A stretch of DNA of 64,000 nt, taken from Octopus vulgaris. Taxonomy: Eukaryota. Of the stretch, positions 1-14,300 are shown piece after piece. Under the pieces are notes generated by a model. It was not told where the DNA came from. It ran no database searches and worked only from the letters and a program-made list of their open reading frames with translations. Made by a program: the position numbers and the translations under genes. The stretch covers positions 197,222,001-197,286,000 of the forward strand of contig OX597815.1 in assembly GCA_951406725.2 (NCBI GenBank). The letters are read 5' to 3'. How positions within the stretch are numbered: the stretch's first letter is position 1; every line of letters begins with the position of its first letter.

Positions 1-236
1 ATTGGATGATTAAATGTTTATTTCAGGATCTCAACAGTACATATTTTACTGTAAATAAAAACTAAATTCACACACACAGAGCCACAACACACACACACAC
101 ATACACACGCACGCACACACACACAAACACACACACACACGCACACACACACAAACACACACACACACGCACACACACATACACGCACACACAACCACAA
201 CACACACACATATCCTCATTTGTAATGACTCTGAAT

Positions 237-654
237 GGTTATTCCTTTACTGCCCACAAGGGGATACACACAGAGGGGACAAACAAGGACAGACAAACTG
301 ATTAAGTCGATTATATAGACCCCAGTGCGTAACTGGCACTTATTTAATCGATCCCGAAAGGATGAAAGGCAAAGTCGACCTCGGCGGAATTAGAACTCAG
401 AACGTAACGGCAGACGAAATACTTGTTTCTTTACTACCCACAAGGGGCTAAACATAGAGGGGACAAACAAGGACAGACAGACGGATTAAGTCGATTATAT
501 CGGCCCCAGTGCGTAACTGGTACTTACTTAAAGGACCCCGAAAGGATGAAAGACAAAGTCGACCACGGCGGAATTTGAACTCAGAACGTAGCGGCAGATG
601 AAACACCGCTAAGCATTTCGCCCGGTGTGCTAACGATTCTGCCAGCTCGCCGCC
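237..654 (-). mobile_element. tRNA-derived SINE family B, head-to-tail dimeric copy
   Basis: Head ggcggcgagctggcagaatcgttagc with B-box-like gagttcaaattcc. The body is repeated twice. Flanked by an 18-bp TSD tttgtaatgactctgaat (219-236, 655-672). Confidence 0.9.
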
Positions 655-699
655 TTTGTAATGACTCTGAATTCTATTGTTCCATTCACTTACATTGTA

Positions 700-910
700 G
701 AATATTGTCGACAGCTTCTGCACACATTTTTTTCTCACCTTGTTTCTCTCCGTGTTTCTTTTCTGTGTATCTTTCTGTTGAAGAGCGTAGGCTCGAAACG
801 TAAAAGACTTGTTTTATTTATATTCCTGAGCGCCATACTAATACAATTGTTTGTTTGTACTCCACCTGCCTTCGTCTTTTGTTTATTTTCATAAAGCTTC
901 CCGTTATATA
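700..910 (+). mobile_element. Penelope-like (pLTR-type) remnant with a hammerhead-like motif
   Basis: Homologous in reverse to 43255-43445. Contains a minimal hammerhead-like motif at 770-807. The PLE assignment is inferred from the motif architecture. Confidence 0.6.
770..807 (+). ncRNA. Minimal type I hammerhead ribozyme-like motif, A6U core variant
   Basis: TCTTT-CTGTTGA-A-GAGC gtag GCTC-GAAA-CG-TA-AAAGA: stem I TCTTT/AAAGA, stem II GAGC/GCTC, palindromic stem III ACGT. Confidence 0.6.
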
Positions 911-1659
911 TTTAGCAAATCAGTTTGTCGTGTAATATTTAACTAAAATAATAGATTTTAAAAAAATGGAATGTAACTGAAGACATTCTTTGAATAAATC
1001 TGGAAGAAAAGTATCCGAATTAATCAACGATAATTAGACTAAGCAAACCTGGGTGTTGAAAATACTATCCATCAAATTCGAAGGACAAGTTGTAACTCAA
1101 ATTCGACGAATAAGTTTTAATGTCAAATGTTTAGTTTGCCGTGAAGGGTGTTGAAGCATTTCATTGAAAGCTAGGGAAGCAAGGAAAATCCATTCTCTCT
1201 TGAAATACATTTTCCTCAGGAAATGGATTTGAAGAATAGCTCTAGAAGTTGAGAGCGATGTGAAAGTGTATGGAGCGGGGAGAGAGAGATGGGGAGAAAG
1301 AGTAGTTTTATGATTGGTTCAGAAGTTTAAGTGCCAAGTGGAAAGGTAAAGTGAACTGGAAACAACGTCAAAGGTAAACTATATGAAGGATTCATGTAAA
1401 ATGCGTAGAGAAGGGAGAAGTAGGCAACAAAGTGAATTAAAAATAGGTTCACATAAAGCAATCCACAGTGTACGGCACGGTTATTTTCAACTTGACTGTA
1501 AAGCATATCGGTGATCTTCAATGAACAAAGCAGAAAAATAATGTTCCGTTTTCATGACGAAATATATCTATAAACTCGGCCGCATGCACGAATGCAACCA
1601 TAGCTGAAAGGACGCACACTAATATATACATACATATATACATGCATACGTACATATAT

Positions 1660-1734
<75 letters not shown>

Positions 1735-2669
1735 TATATAAGGAGAGAGAGAGAGGGGGAGAAAGAGAAATGCATGATTTTAATGCATGCCGACAGACAT
1801 ACCTAAGCACTCCTTTTACGACTATACACGCTTCTTATATATATATATATATATATATACATCTATATCCATATACATGTATATATGTGTGTGAGTGTAT
1901 GTATGTATACATGAATGTGTGTATATTCATAAACATATTCAAGCACGAGTGTGCACAGATTTGTACGTCTAACTGTCTCAATATAGGCACTTACGCAGAA
2001 GTACGTATACAAAGTCAGAATGTAGATCCACGAAAATAAAATAAACTAAACCATGTGTATAAATTCAAAAACGTCATATTGAAGGTCACCTCTGGGTAGT
2101 GAGCAGTGATCGATGGCAAATTATGAAAAACTAAATCTAAATATTTGTATTTGTAGAAACATATCTTGCATAGCAGTTCTGCTTTCGAAGACACGCTTTT
2201 ACTTTTCGGATATCAGGTGTAACAGTTTGCATGAAACTTCATTGATATGGAGGTCGTTATTTTAGTTGCTGGCTATCTTAGGGTGATGGGTTATGGTTTT
2301 CCAGCTCTGCTAATATTGAAGTATCATTTGAATAAGTATTTATTTGATGATCTTTGAACTACTTTCCAACCTCACTTGTGAACAGAATACTTACGAATTT
2401 CAATTCCGTACAGTATTATATAAAAATGTAGGATACTTATTGAATGTGGCATACTGACAGCATTAAGTGGAATATATAGGACGATAAAAGCATTCAATAT
2501 CTAAGTGTAGAAATGGTAAGTTACGAAGACGAACGATAAACGAACTGAATACGTTAATTTCAGGTGAATTTATGCGTGGCATGAATGCAGTTGGAATGTG
2601 GGTCTTGATGAGAGTAGCGTTAACCAATGGATGGTATTAAAAGCAGGACAAATATTTGATGCGGGTGTC

Positions 2670-3010
2670 GCAGTAGGTTGTTGCTAAATTTCTGAAATAT
2701 TTTCGCTTGTCTCTTCTTAATTGCTTTTTAACTTTCTTATTTTCTTGGTTGTAATTTCCCTGACATCTATTTATCTCTACTTCTAAGCTTGCCGATAGTA
2801 ATTTTTCCTTTAGCTTCTTTCTTACTTCTATGGCTGTTAGTGTCTCTTGTGATATCCACGTCTTATTCTTTTTGTTTACACACCCTATGCATTCTTCTAA
2901 TAATGAAATAAAAGCATCCTTAATATTCGACCAAGTGTTCTCTATTGTGTTGCCTTGCATCCTTTTTATTTGCATTAATTTGCATGATAACGCTTTTCTG
3001 TATTTGATTT
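2670..3010 (-). pseudogene. LINE ORF2 fragment (endonuclease-RT linker, RTE-like)
   Basis: Translation TWSNIKDAFISLLEECIG...KTWISQETLTAIEVRKKLK...KVKKQLRRDKRKYF is typical of the region between the APE and RT domains. Confidence 0.7.
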
Positions 3011-4314
3011 GGGTAATGCAGTAGGTAATGCAAAAATGGCAGATTTCAGTGTTGAGGACGCGAGAAAGAGAAAACCATAAAGTAGGAAGAGCATCTGGGC
3101 TGAAGTTAAACTGAATGTCAATAAGGAATGATATGTGGAGAAAATTAATCGACTTATTTGGCATAGGTCATATATGTGAAGTATAATGTGCATTGAACGT
3201 TTTTAACATACGAAAATAGACAATTACTATTAGTAAATCTCATAACGAGGGATATTCAGCAACAGTACTTTGGATTCTCCTAGGACTAAATTACAGCAAC
3301 ATTCGTCCTAAACCAGACTGCCATGTTACGTTGGCAAACAATCTTTACTATGAAAACAGACAGTTGTCGCATCTTCTTGTAAATAGGTTGGTATCGATGC
3401 TCTCATCGATATATCAATCAAACATCTCTGCGATGTACTCATCTACTGACTTAATATTTGGATTCGATGTTGCATAATAAAACCCATTCTGATATCCACG
3501 ACTATTTTTTTAGGAATCCCTGATAAGGAAACGGAAAAAAAAGAAAGAACAAATTTGAAGAGAAGGACGAATTCAGCGATGGACCATATGAGGTTCTGTG
3601 TTAAAGTGTGCGCCGAGATTAAAAAGTAATCTATGCCTTATAATGTCTAAAATTTAGATTGTATAATTCTTATTTTAATGTGGATATTGGGAGAATCAAC
3701 GAGCGATGTAAGTTTGTCAGAGAGCTTGAGATAGATTCTGTGGGATTATATGAGTATGATATCTACCTTCGAGAGCACAGTGCGACCGGTTTTGTTAGGA
3801 TAATGAAGTTTAGGGAGCAAGGATATGTTTGGCGTTCGATATATTTGAATGATGAAGTCAGTATCTGTATATGAGTGTACATGAGCGCACAAAAGTTTTG
3901 GTTGGTGAGGTAGACAATTGGATATATTAAGAGAGAACATTATTGATGGAGCGATTTCTTTCATACAAATCTATGCCAAAAATTGAAATATTCCTTCTCA
4001 GCTGTTTTAATTTTGCCTTGTCGGCTGCAAAGATGGCCCGGCATTTGGGAGTTAAAAAATGATAGGATTGGAGTAGTTTGAGATGTAAAGTTCTGCTTTA
4101 TGTTCCATGTCGTAGAAGAATAATTTCATTTGAACTTACGTAAAAGAAACGTTTGATGCTGGTGCTGGTGTGAAACTCGGCCACTTAAAAGATGACGAAA
4201 GTGAAAAGAAAAAATGTGTTTGAATAGATATTTTGTGAAATACTGATAAAACGCTCACGAACTGAATGCCTCTAAAACAGTTCAGCAAATTCTTCACATA
4301 TATTCACGTACAGA

Positions 4315-4545
4315 AGGCGGTGAGCTGGCAGAAACGTTAGCACACCGGGCGAAATGCGTAGCTGTATTTCGTCTGTCGTTACGGTCTGAGTTCAAATTCC
4401 ACCGAGGTCGACTTTGCCTTTCATCCTTTTGGGGTCGATAAATTAAGTACCAGTTACGCACGGGGGTCGATGTAATCGATTTAATCTGTTTGTCTGTCCT
4501 TGTTTGTCCCCTCTGTGTTTAGCCCCTTGTGGGTAGTAAAGAAAT
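4315..4545 (+). mobile_element. SINE family B
   Basis: Full head-body-tail. 15-bp TSD atatattcacgtaca (4298-4312, 4546-4560). Confidence 0.9.
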
Positions 4546-5659
4546 ATATATTCACGTACATACACCAAAATGCATGCTAATACACAAACATAAACGCACA
4601 AAGAAGCAATCAATTGTGCTTATGTAAACTCTCGAGATAGTCATATCAGTTCAATTCGATAGAGCAGATAGATAGCAGGCAAATATTTTTTTTATCAGAA
4701 TATAAGTAAACTGGCATCGCTAGATAAACAAAAGGATTTTAAGCTATCCCTTTAAAGCTAGTTAACGTCTGGACAGTTTTACAGATCTGTCGCAACTCTT
4801 TGATGTATTGGTTATATTTTCAGCTTAGAGAACTGGGAAAATTGAGAATTATGTATCTTGTCTGCAAACTCAACTTAGTTATAAGAACCACAAACTGCAA
4901 GATGTCTGTTGGTATTCAACTGATGTGGACATCAATTACATAATATACTGAATAAGGATACAATTATCAATGGCAATGAACGTTGTCTTTTCTTTTGGTG
5001 ATAAAACATATCAGATAATAAAGATGGCGCAGTTATAAGCTAATACGGGAAAAGTTTCGTATTATAAAACTGGGTTGGCCATTCTAGAAAATCAAATTTT
5101 GATCTGAATAGAATTATTTGTCTCAGAGACACAAAGAACTGGTATTTATGACTTTATTGCTCCGTACTGGAAGGCTAACAAACCAGAATACAGCTCGTTG
5201 CAATAGAAACCTATGTTTAAACTGGAATAGAAGTAATTAACTTGAAATAAATCCTTCTCCCATCGCCATTACATTGCTTGCTATTTGGTGTTTGGAATGC
5301 AGTACGAATAATTCGTTACATCTTAACGCCATGAATACTTTCTTGATTAGCTATATATTAACCAATACTGTAGAATATATTTGCTAAAGAGACATTGGTA
5401 CAACCTTACAAAGCTTAAATCTATATACTAATTAGCTTCAGTTCTCTAGTAATTGGCGCCGTAAACATGTCAAATACATTAACGATTCTCTGTTATTAGT
5501 TTATACACCGCATAAATGTGCGCCGAGTTACTAGGACCTAAACACATAAAAATGCGTATATGTATACATACACATATAAGCATGGAACTTCAGATACTTG
5601 TGGCATGTATAAATGCGCACGCATACACAAACACACACACACATCAACATGCACATACA

Positions 5660-5706
<47 letters not shown>

Positions 5707-5767
5707 CTGTATGATATAACATTATCTGTGTGTGTGTGTGTGTGTAATATAATATTGTGTGTGTGGT

Positions 5768-5810
<43 letters not shown>

Positions 5811-5909
5811 TGACAGGGCAAGACTGCTAGGTAGTCGGCCGCATGCTAGAAATAGATCATGGTTTTAAATTGATATTAAAATTAATATTAATTTATCTCC
5901 CTCATTATT

Positions 5910-5972
<63 letters not shown>

Positions 5973-7469
5973 GCACACATATATAGATATATAGATTAAC
6001 AGTCATACATGTGCATAGAGAAAGGGAGACAGCAAGAGAGAAGGAGGGTCAGAGAGAGAGAGAGAGAGGGGGAGTGTGTGTTATTAAAGGAAATCTTACG
6101 GAGACAGAAGAATGTGAAACGTAATAAGCACAGGGAGATAAACTTGATCATGGCTGTGCATATTTTACGTCAATGTAAAAATGTGCATGCAGACACACAC
6201 AAACAAACAGACACGCACACACACGGAAATGCACACACACACAGACAAACACACACACACACACACACAAACTCAGATTCGTATATAAAGCAGCAGAAGG
6301 GAAGTATATGCTGCATTGTAACTATTTTGTCAATATCAGATTTCAATAGAGTAGTGATTTTCTCTGATAAGTCATTTAGTACTTTAGTACAAGTATTTTT
6401 AAGGAAATTCCGAGCAGAGACAATAAGCTGACTCTAATTGAAATTTTAAAGGAAATCAGATCTACAATGCAAAACAAATGATGATAGGAACTGGATAAGT
6501 ATACAACAGATTTTCAACTGTACTTCAAACGTGTCACATATTTGGCTTGCTTCAGTTCTCTTTTATTTTCATAGCTTTGTGTTTATCTTTTTACCATTTT
6601 AAAATTCATTTCTTTCCTTACCTGACAAAAAAGAATGATTGTTTGGCGTATTTATCTTCCTCTTCATCTTAAACATTGCATCTGATAAAAGTCTCCGTAT
6701 CATTTTTATCAGTGTTTAGCCTAGCGTTATTGGAAAGCACATCGAAAAAGTTCAAAAATCCACTACGCTATCTCATTATTATACGGTTGCAGTGTACCAG
6801 GTGATTCGTCCTAGCTAGAAATTAATCGACATATCGACCGCCAAACGTCTGACACAGCTCTATTTTTGGCACCGCAACTGACAATCAGGTAAACAAAGGT
6901 AAGCGGCATACTGAATAAAAATAAGATAAAACTGTTAGAGACATTGCTTATTTGAATTACAAAAGCACGCTTGCATTGTTTACAAGCTTTTGTATTCATT
7001 CACTGATTTTCAGAGCACAGTATCCCTCCTAGGGCAGATTTATACAAGTGTATGGTACAACATTTGTTCAATGAAAACGTATAAATCACACTACAAATCA
7101 CTAATGTATACGATGTGTTTTGAACAAAAATCAAAACAAGTACGAAAATAACAAACAAAAACAAAGAACAGGCATAGCGCGCATATACGTACTGGGACAT
7201 AGAAATACACATCACGCAGGCACATACGTACATAGTCGCTTACGCGTAGGTATAAACAGGTATTATAATATACACAGAGAACAATATATTACAAATGTAT
7301 ATACATACAGGCGCAAGTGTGGCAGAGTGGTAATGCATTTGCTTCCCAACCACATGGTTCCGGGTTCATATATATATATATATACACACTCACATATACA
7401 ATTGCACAAATATGTGAATGTAGTCATATATATGATCTACCAATCAATCTTTCACCATTTCTCTCTCTC

Positions 7470-7510
<41 letters not shown>

Positions 7511-7525
7511 TCGATATATATGTAA

Positions 7526-7589
<64 letters not shown>

Positions 7590-7816
7590 TCTCTATATAT
7601 GTATATACATTAGGTGCGAATGTTTTTTACTACGGTGCCGGGTTTTACAATCCTGTAAATAATACTAATGGTATTTATATAAGCCGAAAGCTTGTAGCAA
7701 TCACGGTGCAATGACTTAGAAAAATAACTAATAATGGGGCTTTCCTATCCGCTTGGGACACGAATCCACATCCCTCTCTTAACGTGACTAAGTGTGTAAA
7801 AGTTTCTACCGATAAT

Positions 7817-7862
<46 letters not shown>

Positions 7863-8250
7863 TGTGTGTATGTATATATGTATATGTATGTCTGTGTGTG
7901 TCTGTGCGTATATGTGTTTGTGTATATATATATATCAAGTATACAATGTGTTTTCGCTAGGTGACTCAAACTGATAGGTGTGCACTCTAAGTGCTCAATT
8001 TGGTATGTCACTAAAACTCCAGTTAGAACTGTAGCTGTGTTGAGATTGCCTTTTTGAAGCGGCTAGGTGCAGTTTTTCCTTGAGTGGGTAGGTATACATT
8101 AAAGTATAAAGGAAAAGGCAAATAGTTTGACAAGTTTTGACGGGTACATTTAATCTAGAAATTTAAATGTCCTTATCGAATCTTGCTAAACGTTTTGCTT
8201 CTTCCTCTTTTAACACACACACACACACACACACATATACATACACACAT

Positions 8251-8477
8251 ATTCTTTTCTTCTCTAGACACAAGGCCCGAAATCTTTTGGGAGGGGCCAG
8301 TCGCTTAATTCAACTCCACTACATCGACGCCAGTGAGTAACTGGTACTTAATTTATCGACCCCGAAAGGATGAAAAGCAAAGTCGATCCCGGCGGAATTT
8401 GAACTCAGAACGTAACGGCAGCCGAAATTTCGCTAAGCATTTCGCCCGACGTGCTAACGTTTCTGCCAGCTCGCCCT
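8251..8477 (-). mobile_element. SINE family B (alternative 3' tail)
   Basis: Reverse-strand match to the family B head and body; tail ...gggccttgtg...agaaaagaat as at 35107. Confidence 0.85.
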
Positions 8478-8624
8478 TTTCAAAAACGCATATATAATAT
8501 TACTTTTATGAACAGTCGTTCGTGAAAATGAATCTATAATATCTTCATATCGCAATTATTTTTCTATACAAAATACTATAAGTTGCAATCCTCACTTAAC
8601 GTTTTTTTCTTCTTTGTATTTCAG

Positions 8625-8876
8625 AGATTTCCATCTCCTCGACGGATTGTTTACCCTACGTCTAGTGAGCACCATCTACACTTGAATTACTGGATGACTG
8701 TTGACTCTCATGAGCTCCTCCACCCTTTCACAGGTCTTGTTTTTCATTCATCTGGATGACGTCAAAAAACGTCGCCTTCCTCACTACGCTTGCCGGTTTA
8801 ATCGCCGACGATCCGACCGTATAACAGATTGTACTGTGTTACATGCTACCAGCAGCGCATGGACGTCTTCATCTAC
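8625..8876 (+). other. Candidate host exon (possibly 5' UTR plus start codon)
   Basis: Strong acceptor cttaacgtttttttcttctttgtatttcag|, unique GC-richer sequence, ATGs near the end, weak donor c|gtatgc. Confidence 0.3.
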
Positions 8877-9359
8877 GTATGCATGTGTGTGCGCGTCGGT
8901 AGTTACCTGTGTGTGCGTGTGCGTGAGTACACTTATGCCTGTTTATTTCGATATCAAATTTTCCCTGTGGAAAACAATACAAGAAATTCATAAATGCTGG
9001 TGAAAAATTAATGCATATTTTACTTCCATATATCTATATATCTATTTCTTCAGTACAGGAAGTGGTTTTCCAGAAAAGACAGTTGCACTTTCAATTTACA
9101 ACTAAAAGTAATATCCGTAATGTCATGCTCTCCGTCCTTTAATTTCAATATATTTAATCATACGGGTTTAGTGAAAAATTAAAAATATTTTTACGCATAT
9201 TTCTTGAAGGATGCATGTTGGGAGGTGTTAGAAAGTGTGTTTTTATGTACATACGCATACATAAACATACAGTGATATACATCAACTCATATACAATATA
9301 TCTATGTATGAGAGTGTATATGTGTATTCGCTTGTTTGTAATTAAAAATGTAACTGAGA

Positions 9360-11005
9360 AACACACTATCTGAAAGCGACATTAAGATGAAGCAAGTTTA
9401 CCAGGATTAAACGTAGAAACACAGACATAGGCTCTGAATGTAAGGCATTTGTCCACAATCACCGATGCGAATATACAGGTTTAGAGGACACAACTAAAAT
9501 ACAAAAAGTAAGTGAAAGAGAAAGTTAAGAAAGAATAGCATTGAAGAAATTGACTAGTATCCAATACTGAGCAGAGCATGCTAAAGATAAGGTAATAGGC
9601 ATAAATATGCAACCCATACTATTTATAAATTACAGTTTCAATATAATAAACAAGTTGCCAAGTGAACTAGAAAATATATATAGAGAGAAAGAAAACAGGA
9701 TATAAATGACAGCTTACTGAAGTCACAACACCGAAGCAGTTACATACAGAAGGTTCCTACCACGCACACTAGGAAGACATAACCAGACACAAATAGAAAA
9801 ACTTATAAAATCAACAGCAAACGGAATAGAAAAAATACTTAAGAACAAAGAGCGGAGGTAAGATAAATGTAACGTAAAAAAAAACTAGCAAACAGATAAA
9901 AAATATCGAAAGATCTCTGTACACAAGAAAGCGATAAAGAACAAAGGGTAAATAAACTAACTAACTTAGACAATAAATTTAACAGCAACGCAACAGTTAT
10001 GCTTAGATGTACAAAAACAACATGGGAACAAATTTACATAACAAAAACAAAGTGGAGGAAAAAACGATTCCATGGCCAATATCATGTAAGACGCGACAGA
10101 GAAAGTGTGAGCCAAAGGTAAAGCTTAAAATAACTCGATGGTTCAGATAAAAATGAGAAACAGAAAGTCCCATGTTCTTTGCACACGTCGCTTGCCATAT
10201 CGAATACATTCATATGACAAAATTACAGGAAGAAATACCTATTTCTTTACTACCCACTAAGAGTTAAACACAGAGGGGACAAACAAAGACAGACAAACGG
10301 ATTAAGTCGATTATATCGACCCCAGTGCGTAACTGGTACTTATTTAATCGACCTCGAAAGGATGAAAGCAAAGTCGACCTTGGCGGAATTTGAACTCTGA
10401 ACGTAACGGGAGACGAAATACGGCTACGCATTTCGCCCGGCGTGCTAACGTTTCTGCCAGCTCTCCGCGTTATTTAAAGGAAGAGTACCATAAGATGAAT
10501 TGCAGCATGTGCAAACAAAACAATCATTCGGGTGCAACCACATCTCTAACTAGGTTTAGGTAGGTACTGGGTGTTAGCTACTCGCTAATTCTGAATATAA
10601 ACACAGTCAAGATTGAGTGAACATCTATGTCTATCTGGCAATATACCAACATTTCGATGTGAAAATATGAAAGAATTGGTGTTAAATTATGCCGAACACA
10701 GTATAGGACAACGACCCGGCTACGATGATTTCGAATATGCCCAATAAACTGAAAAAGAAACCAATATAAACCTTAGACATAATAATCAATGATTAGAAAA
10801 ATACACATGGCCACTGATAGACTATACAATCCACTTTTGACGTAAATACTGTCCTAAATGCTGTTGTAAAAATGTCATAACACAGCAATCTTGAATTCGA
10901 AATATTTGAAATGTGGTGAATGTAAGTGTATGCGGTACCAATAACACTTCCAGTATTTAAATTATGATATCAAGAAAAAAGAATCATTAACAAAATATAC
11001 AATTA
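9360..11005 (+). pseudogene. Decayed R4/Dong-like non-LTR retrotransposon (RLE type), interrupted by a SINE
   Basis: Frameshifted remnants resembling W..K.FHGQY, the ETE segment, a CxxC zinc knuckle (tgcagcatgtgc) and the terminal K...KY. Boundaries approximate. Confidence 0.55.
10233..10470 (-). mobile_element. SINE family B
   Basis: Reverse match to family B; imperfect flanking repeat aggaaga(aa/g)tacc. Confidence 0.88.
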
Positions 11006-11157
11006 TAGGCGTAGGAGTGGCTGTGTGGTAAGTAGCTTGATTACGAACCACATGGTTCCGGGTTCAGTCTCACTGCGTGTCACCTTGGGCAAAGTTTCTT
11101 CTACTATAGCCTCGGGCCGACCAAAGCCTTGTGAGTGGATTTGATAGACGGAAACTG

Positions 11158-11198
<41 letters not shown>

Positions 11199-11319
11199 TA
11201 GCAGCATAGCCCGGCGTTGCCCGGGTATGTAAGAGCCCCTAGTAGGCAACGACTAATCCCAATGTAGTCCTTTCCCTCCAGGGAACGAAGGTGCATGTGG
11301 ACGTTGCAATGTCTTGTCT

Positions 11320-14300
11320 TCACTGGAATACTTCTGTATATACGATGTTCCTAGCTGTCCGTTTGGGCGAAAACATGAAAACATCATTGCGCCTCCCAAC
11401 GCGTGAACAGCCCACGTAGAGTTGACCGTGGGCGAAGCACTGTTCGCCCAAATGTAACCCAGCGACTTGTAGCGTTTGGCCTTGGGATTTATTGATGGAC
11501 ATTGCGAAGCAGAGTTTAACAGGAAACTGAGAACGCCTGAAGTGGATTGGTAGGTCAGCGCCCGACGGTTGAAGGTGCATCCGTGGAATGAAGACGTCCT
11601 CTCCCTTCCCACAACCGGTAAGTATTGTGGCCGTTATTAAATGTGGTGCCAAATGTTTCACAACCAAACGTGTGCCGTTGCACTGTTTAGGTGGAACCAA
11701 ATTCCTGATGAGCATAATGGGCGCACCGACTTTTAACTTCAGGATGTGTGGTGGCAGGCCTGGCGGTTCAAGTGAATTCAGGAATTCAATAGGATAATCG
11801 GCAAGCTGGGCGGGGTCTGCTGTCCTATCTATAGATTTGTAGACGTGGACATCACCAGGAATAGCTTCAAGTAGCTGGATATTGATGGAGTTGACGGTTG
11901 TATTTTTGGGTGCGAGAATAGCTCTGCCTGCCAGCCATTTTAGGTCGCGTAAATTGTTTTGTAGGTCGTGGAAGACAGCGTCCCGGAGGCTAGCAGGGGT
12001 ATCGACAATGGTGCAAAGTGAGTCCAATTGAACGTAGCCATCCGCATCAGACAGCATCCTATTTTCACCGAGCGATAAGAGGTCCCTGGAGAATGCAGCG
12101 GATCCGCTGTCACCAATTAACTGCGCGCGCATGTTAGTTTGGAGGTGCAAGGGCCGCACATGTGCCCAAAGAGCTGACGACTTAAGGCACGCGCGCACGG
12201 CATCGGCACGGGTTCCTTTTGGAATAACAGGTAGAGTCTGCCTGAAGTCTCCTGAAAGAAGTAAAGTTAATCCTCCCATGGGGGCCGTAGAGTCTCTGAT
12301 GTCTTGCAGGGACCTGTCCAGTGCCTCAAGGGCGCCTTTGTGTGCCATAGTGCACTCGTCCCATACGATGAGTTTGCATCTGCGCAGAATGTCGGCCTGT
12401 TCTGAGTTCTTGGCGATGTTGCAGATAGGTGACTCGGACTTTGCCAGATCGAGCGGGAGTCTGAAGGCAGAGTGGGCGGTTCTGCCACCCGGAAGCAACG
12501 TGGCCGCGATACCAGAGGAAGCTACAGCCAGGGCAATGTCCGTGTTGCGTCTGACCTCTGCCAGAATTAGTTTAGTGACGAAGGTTTTGCCAGTGCCGCC
12601 GGGTGCATCAAGGAAGAAAATCCCCCCACGTTGCTGTCTGACAGAGTCTACGATGGTGTTGTAGGCTATGCGCTGGTCTGGAATCAGCCGTGGTTCATTA
12701 TCTTGGACGTACTGGTGCAGTTCCTCAATGCAGTAGGAAGTTTCGCGTAACAATTCAGCAGACATAACATTGGCGTGTTCACGTGTGGGTGGTGGAAGGC
12801 CGTACTCTGTTAAAGCAGACCCACCCATATCGATGACAGCGTCTTCGAGTTGAATGAGCGCAAAATTGTAAATGAAGTTGGTGAACGTGATCTCGGCGGA
12901 AGGGCAGTGTTGCTGAGCCGTACGTAAGAAGTCGTGCGACATGTCATCCCTGTATTTCATCCAGAGACTTAGTGGATCACTAAGCTGACATTTTTGAAGA
13001 AGGATTGCGAAAAGATGTCGTAGGGCCGAATGCGTTTGCAGTAAAGCACCCTCTGCCATCGTGGCGTCCCACTGGGAGTCATCCTCTAGAAGGCCAAGTC
13101 TCATACATGCTTCCCTGAAGGTGTCGCACAGAACCCCATTGACGGTACGTATATTGGCGAAACCTGTTGGACCAGTGACCTCATGTAGAAGGAGACGGAG
13201 GTAGAAGCATTCTTGCTGGTTTGGCGGGATGTTGTAAACTCGACCCAGGCAGGAGTCAAACTTGACGCCTGGGAAGCTTTCGACGTTTTTGCCGGATTTC
13301 CGTCGGACCCAGGTGTTTTTAGACCACACGAAGTACGATGGGACCTGTGGGTACAAAAGCGTTCGAGCGAAGTCATCACGTTGGCATAATTTGAAGAAAC
13401 CAGTCAACGTTGTGTCTTTAGGGCTGGTGGCTATGTGCACAGCACTTTGCTCTGTGAAGTAAATCCGCTGTCCATTTTCCAAGTGTACAGCAAGCTGCAC
13501 CACAGCCGGGTGTCTCTGATGGAGCGGGAAGCCGTAAATGCGCCAAAACGCTTCGTTGCTGCTGAGGTACCGGCCAGCCAAGTAGCTGGACACTTCGTCG
13601 CGACTGGTAGTCCTCTGGATGCTGAACATGGCAGCATCGCTGCCTTTGTTGATATATTTGCAGACATATTGTATTGACCTGATGGAGCTGCAGAACTCAA
13701 CGTTGACGTGGGCTTTGAATATCTTCGACAGGAGAGGACAGTAGGGGACAATGTAGCTGTTGTCCACTTGATGTCGCCCAACCGTAATCGTGCGGCCTCC
13801 ATTGGCTGGACTCCTTCGTTTGTACAGCGGATACCCATCGCCGCCTGTTTGAGTCTCCAAAGTGAACCGTTTAGGGAATCCCTTTGAGCAGGCTAATCCG
13901 TTTTTGTAGCATGGTGTGTTGGCGTAATTTGGTCCACAGGGCCCGTGTACCATGGTAGTGCGGACAATTTCGTAGAGTCCGGGGTCCTCATCGGGGTCAG
14001 GAATCTCGGCGGAAATGAATTTGTCAATGTCATTAGTCTCGATTTTATGAGTGAGCCAAATTAAGATGTGAGCATGTGGCAAGCCCCTCTTTTGCCACTC
14101 GACCGAAAACATGTGGCACCTGACATGCCCGAAAATCTGACCCTTAACTATCAAATCCTTCATTTTGCCCAAATTCAGACGGAAAACCCTAGCAACGATA
14201 TCGTGTCGATGGGTGTGAGATTGACCCGGGAGGAGTTCGCGAGTGATTTCGTCGCAGCTGGGATTGCACGTGTAGGTGATAAAGAGGTCCGGCCGGCCGT

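Noticed and set aside
3040-5260. Additional highly decayed LINE-like stretches (also ~19870-20840 and ~32770-34800)
   Set aside because: Suggestive only; no motif is clear enough to assign class or boundaries.
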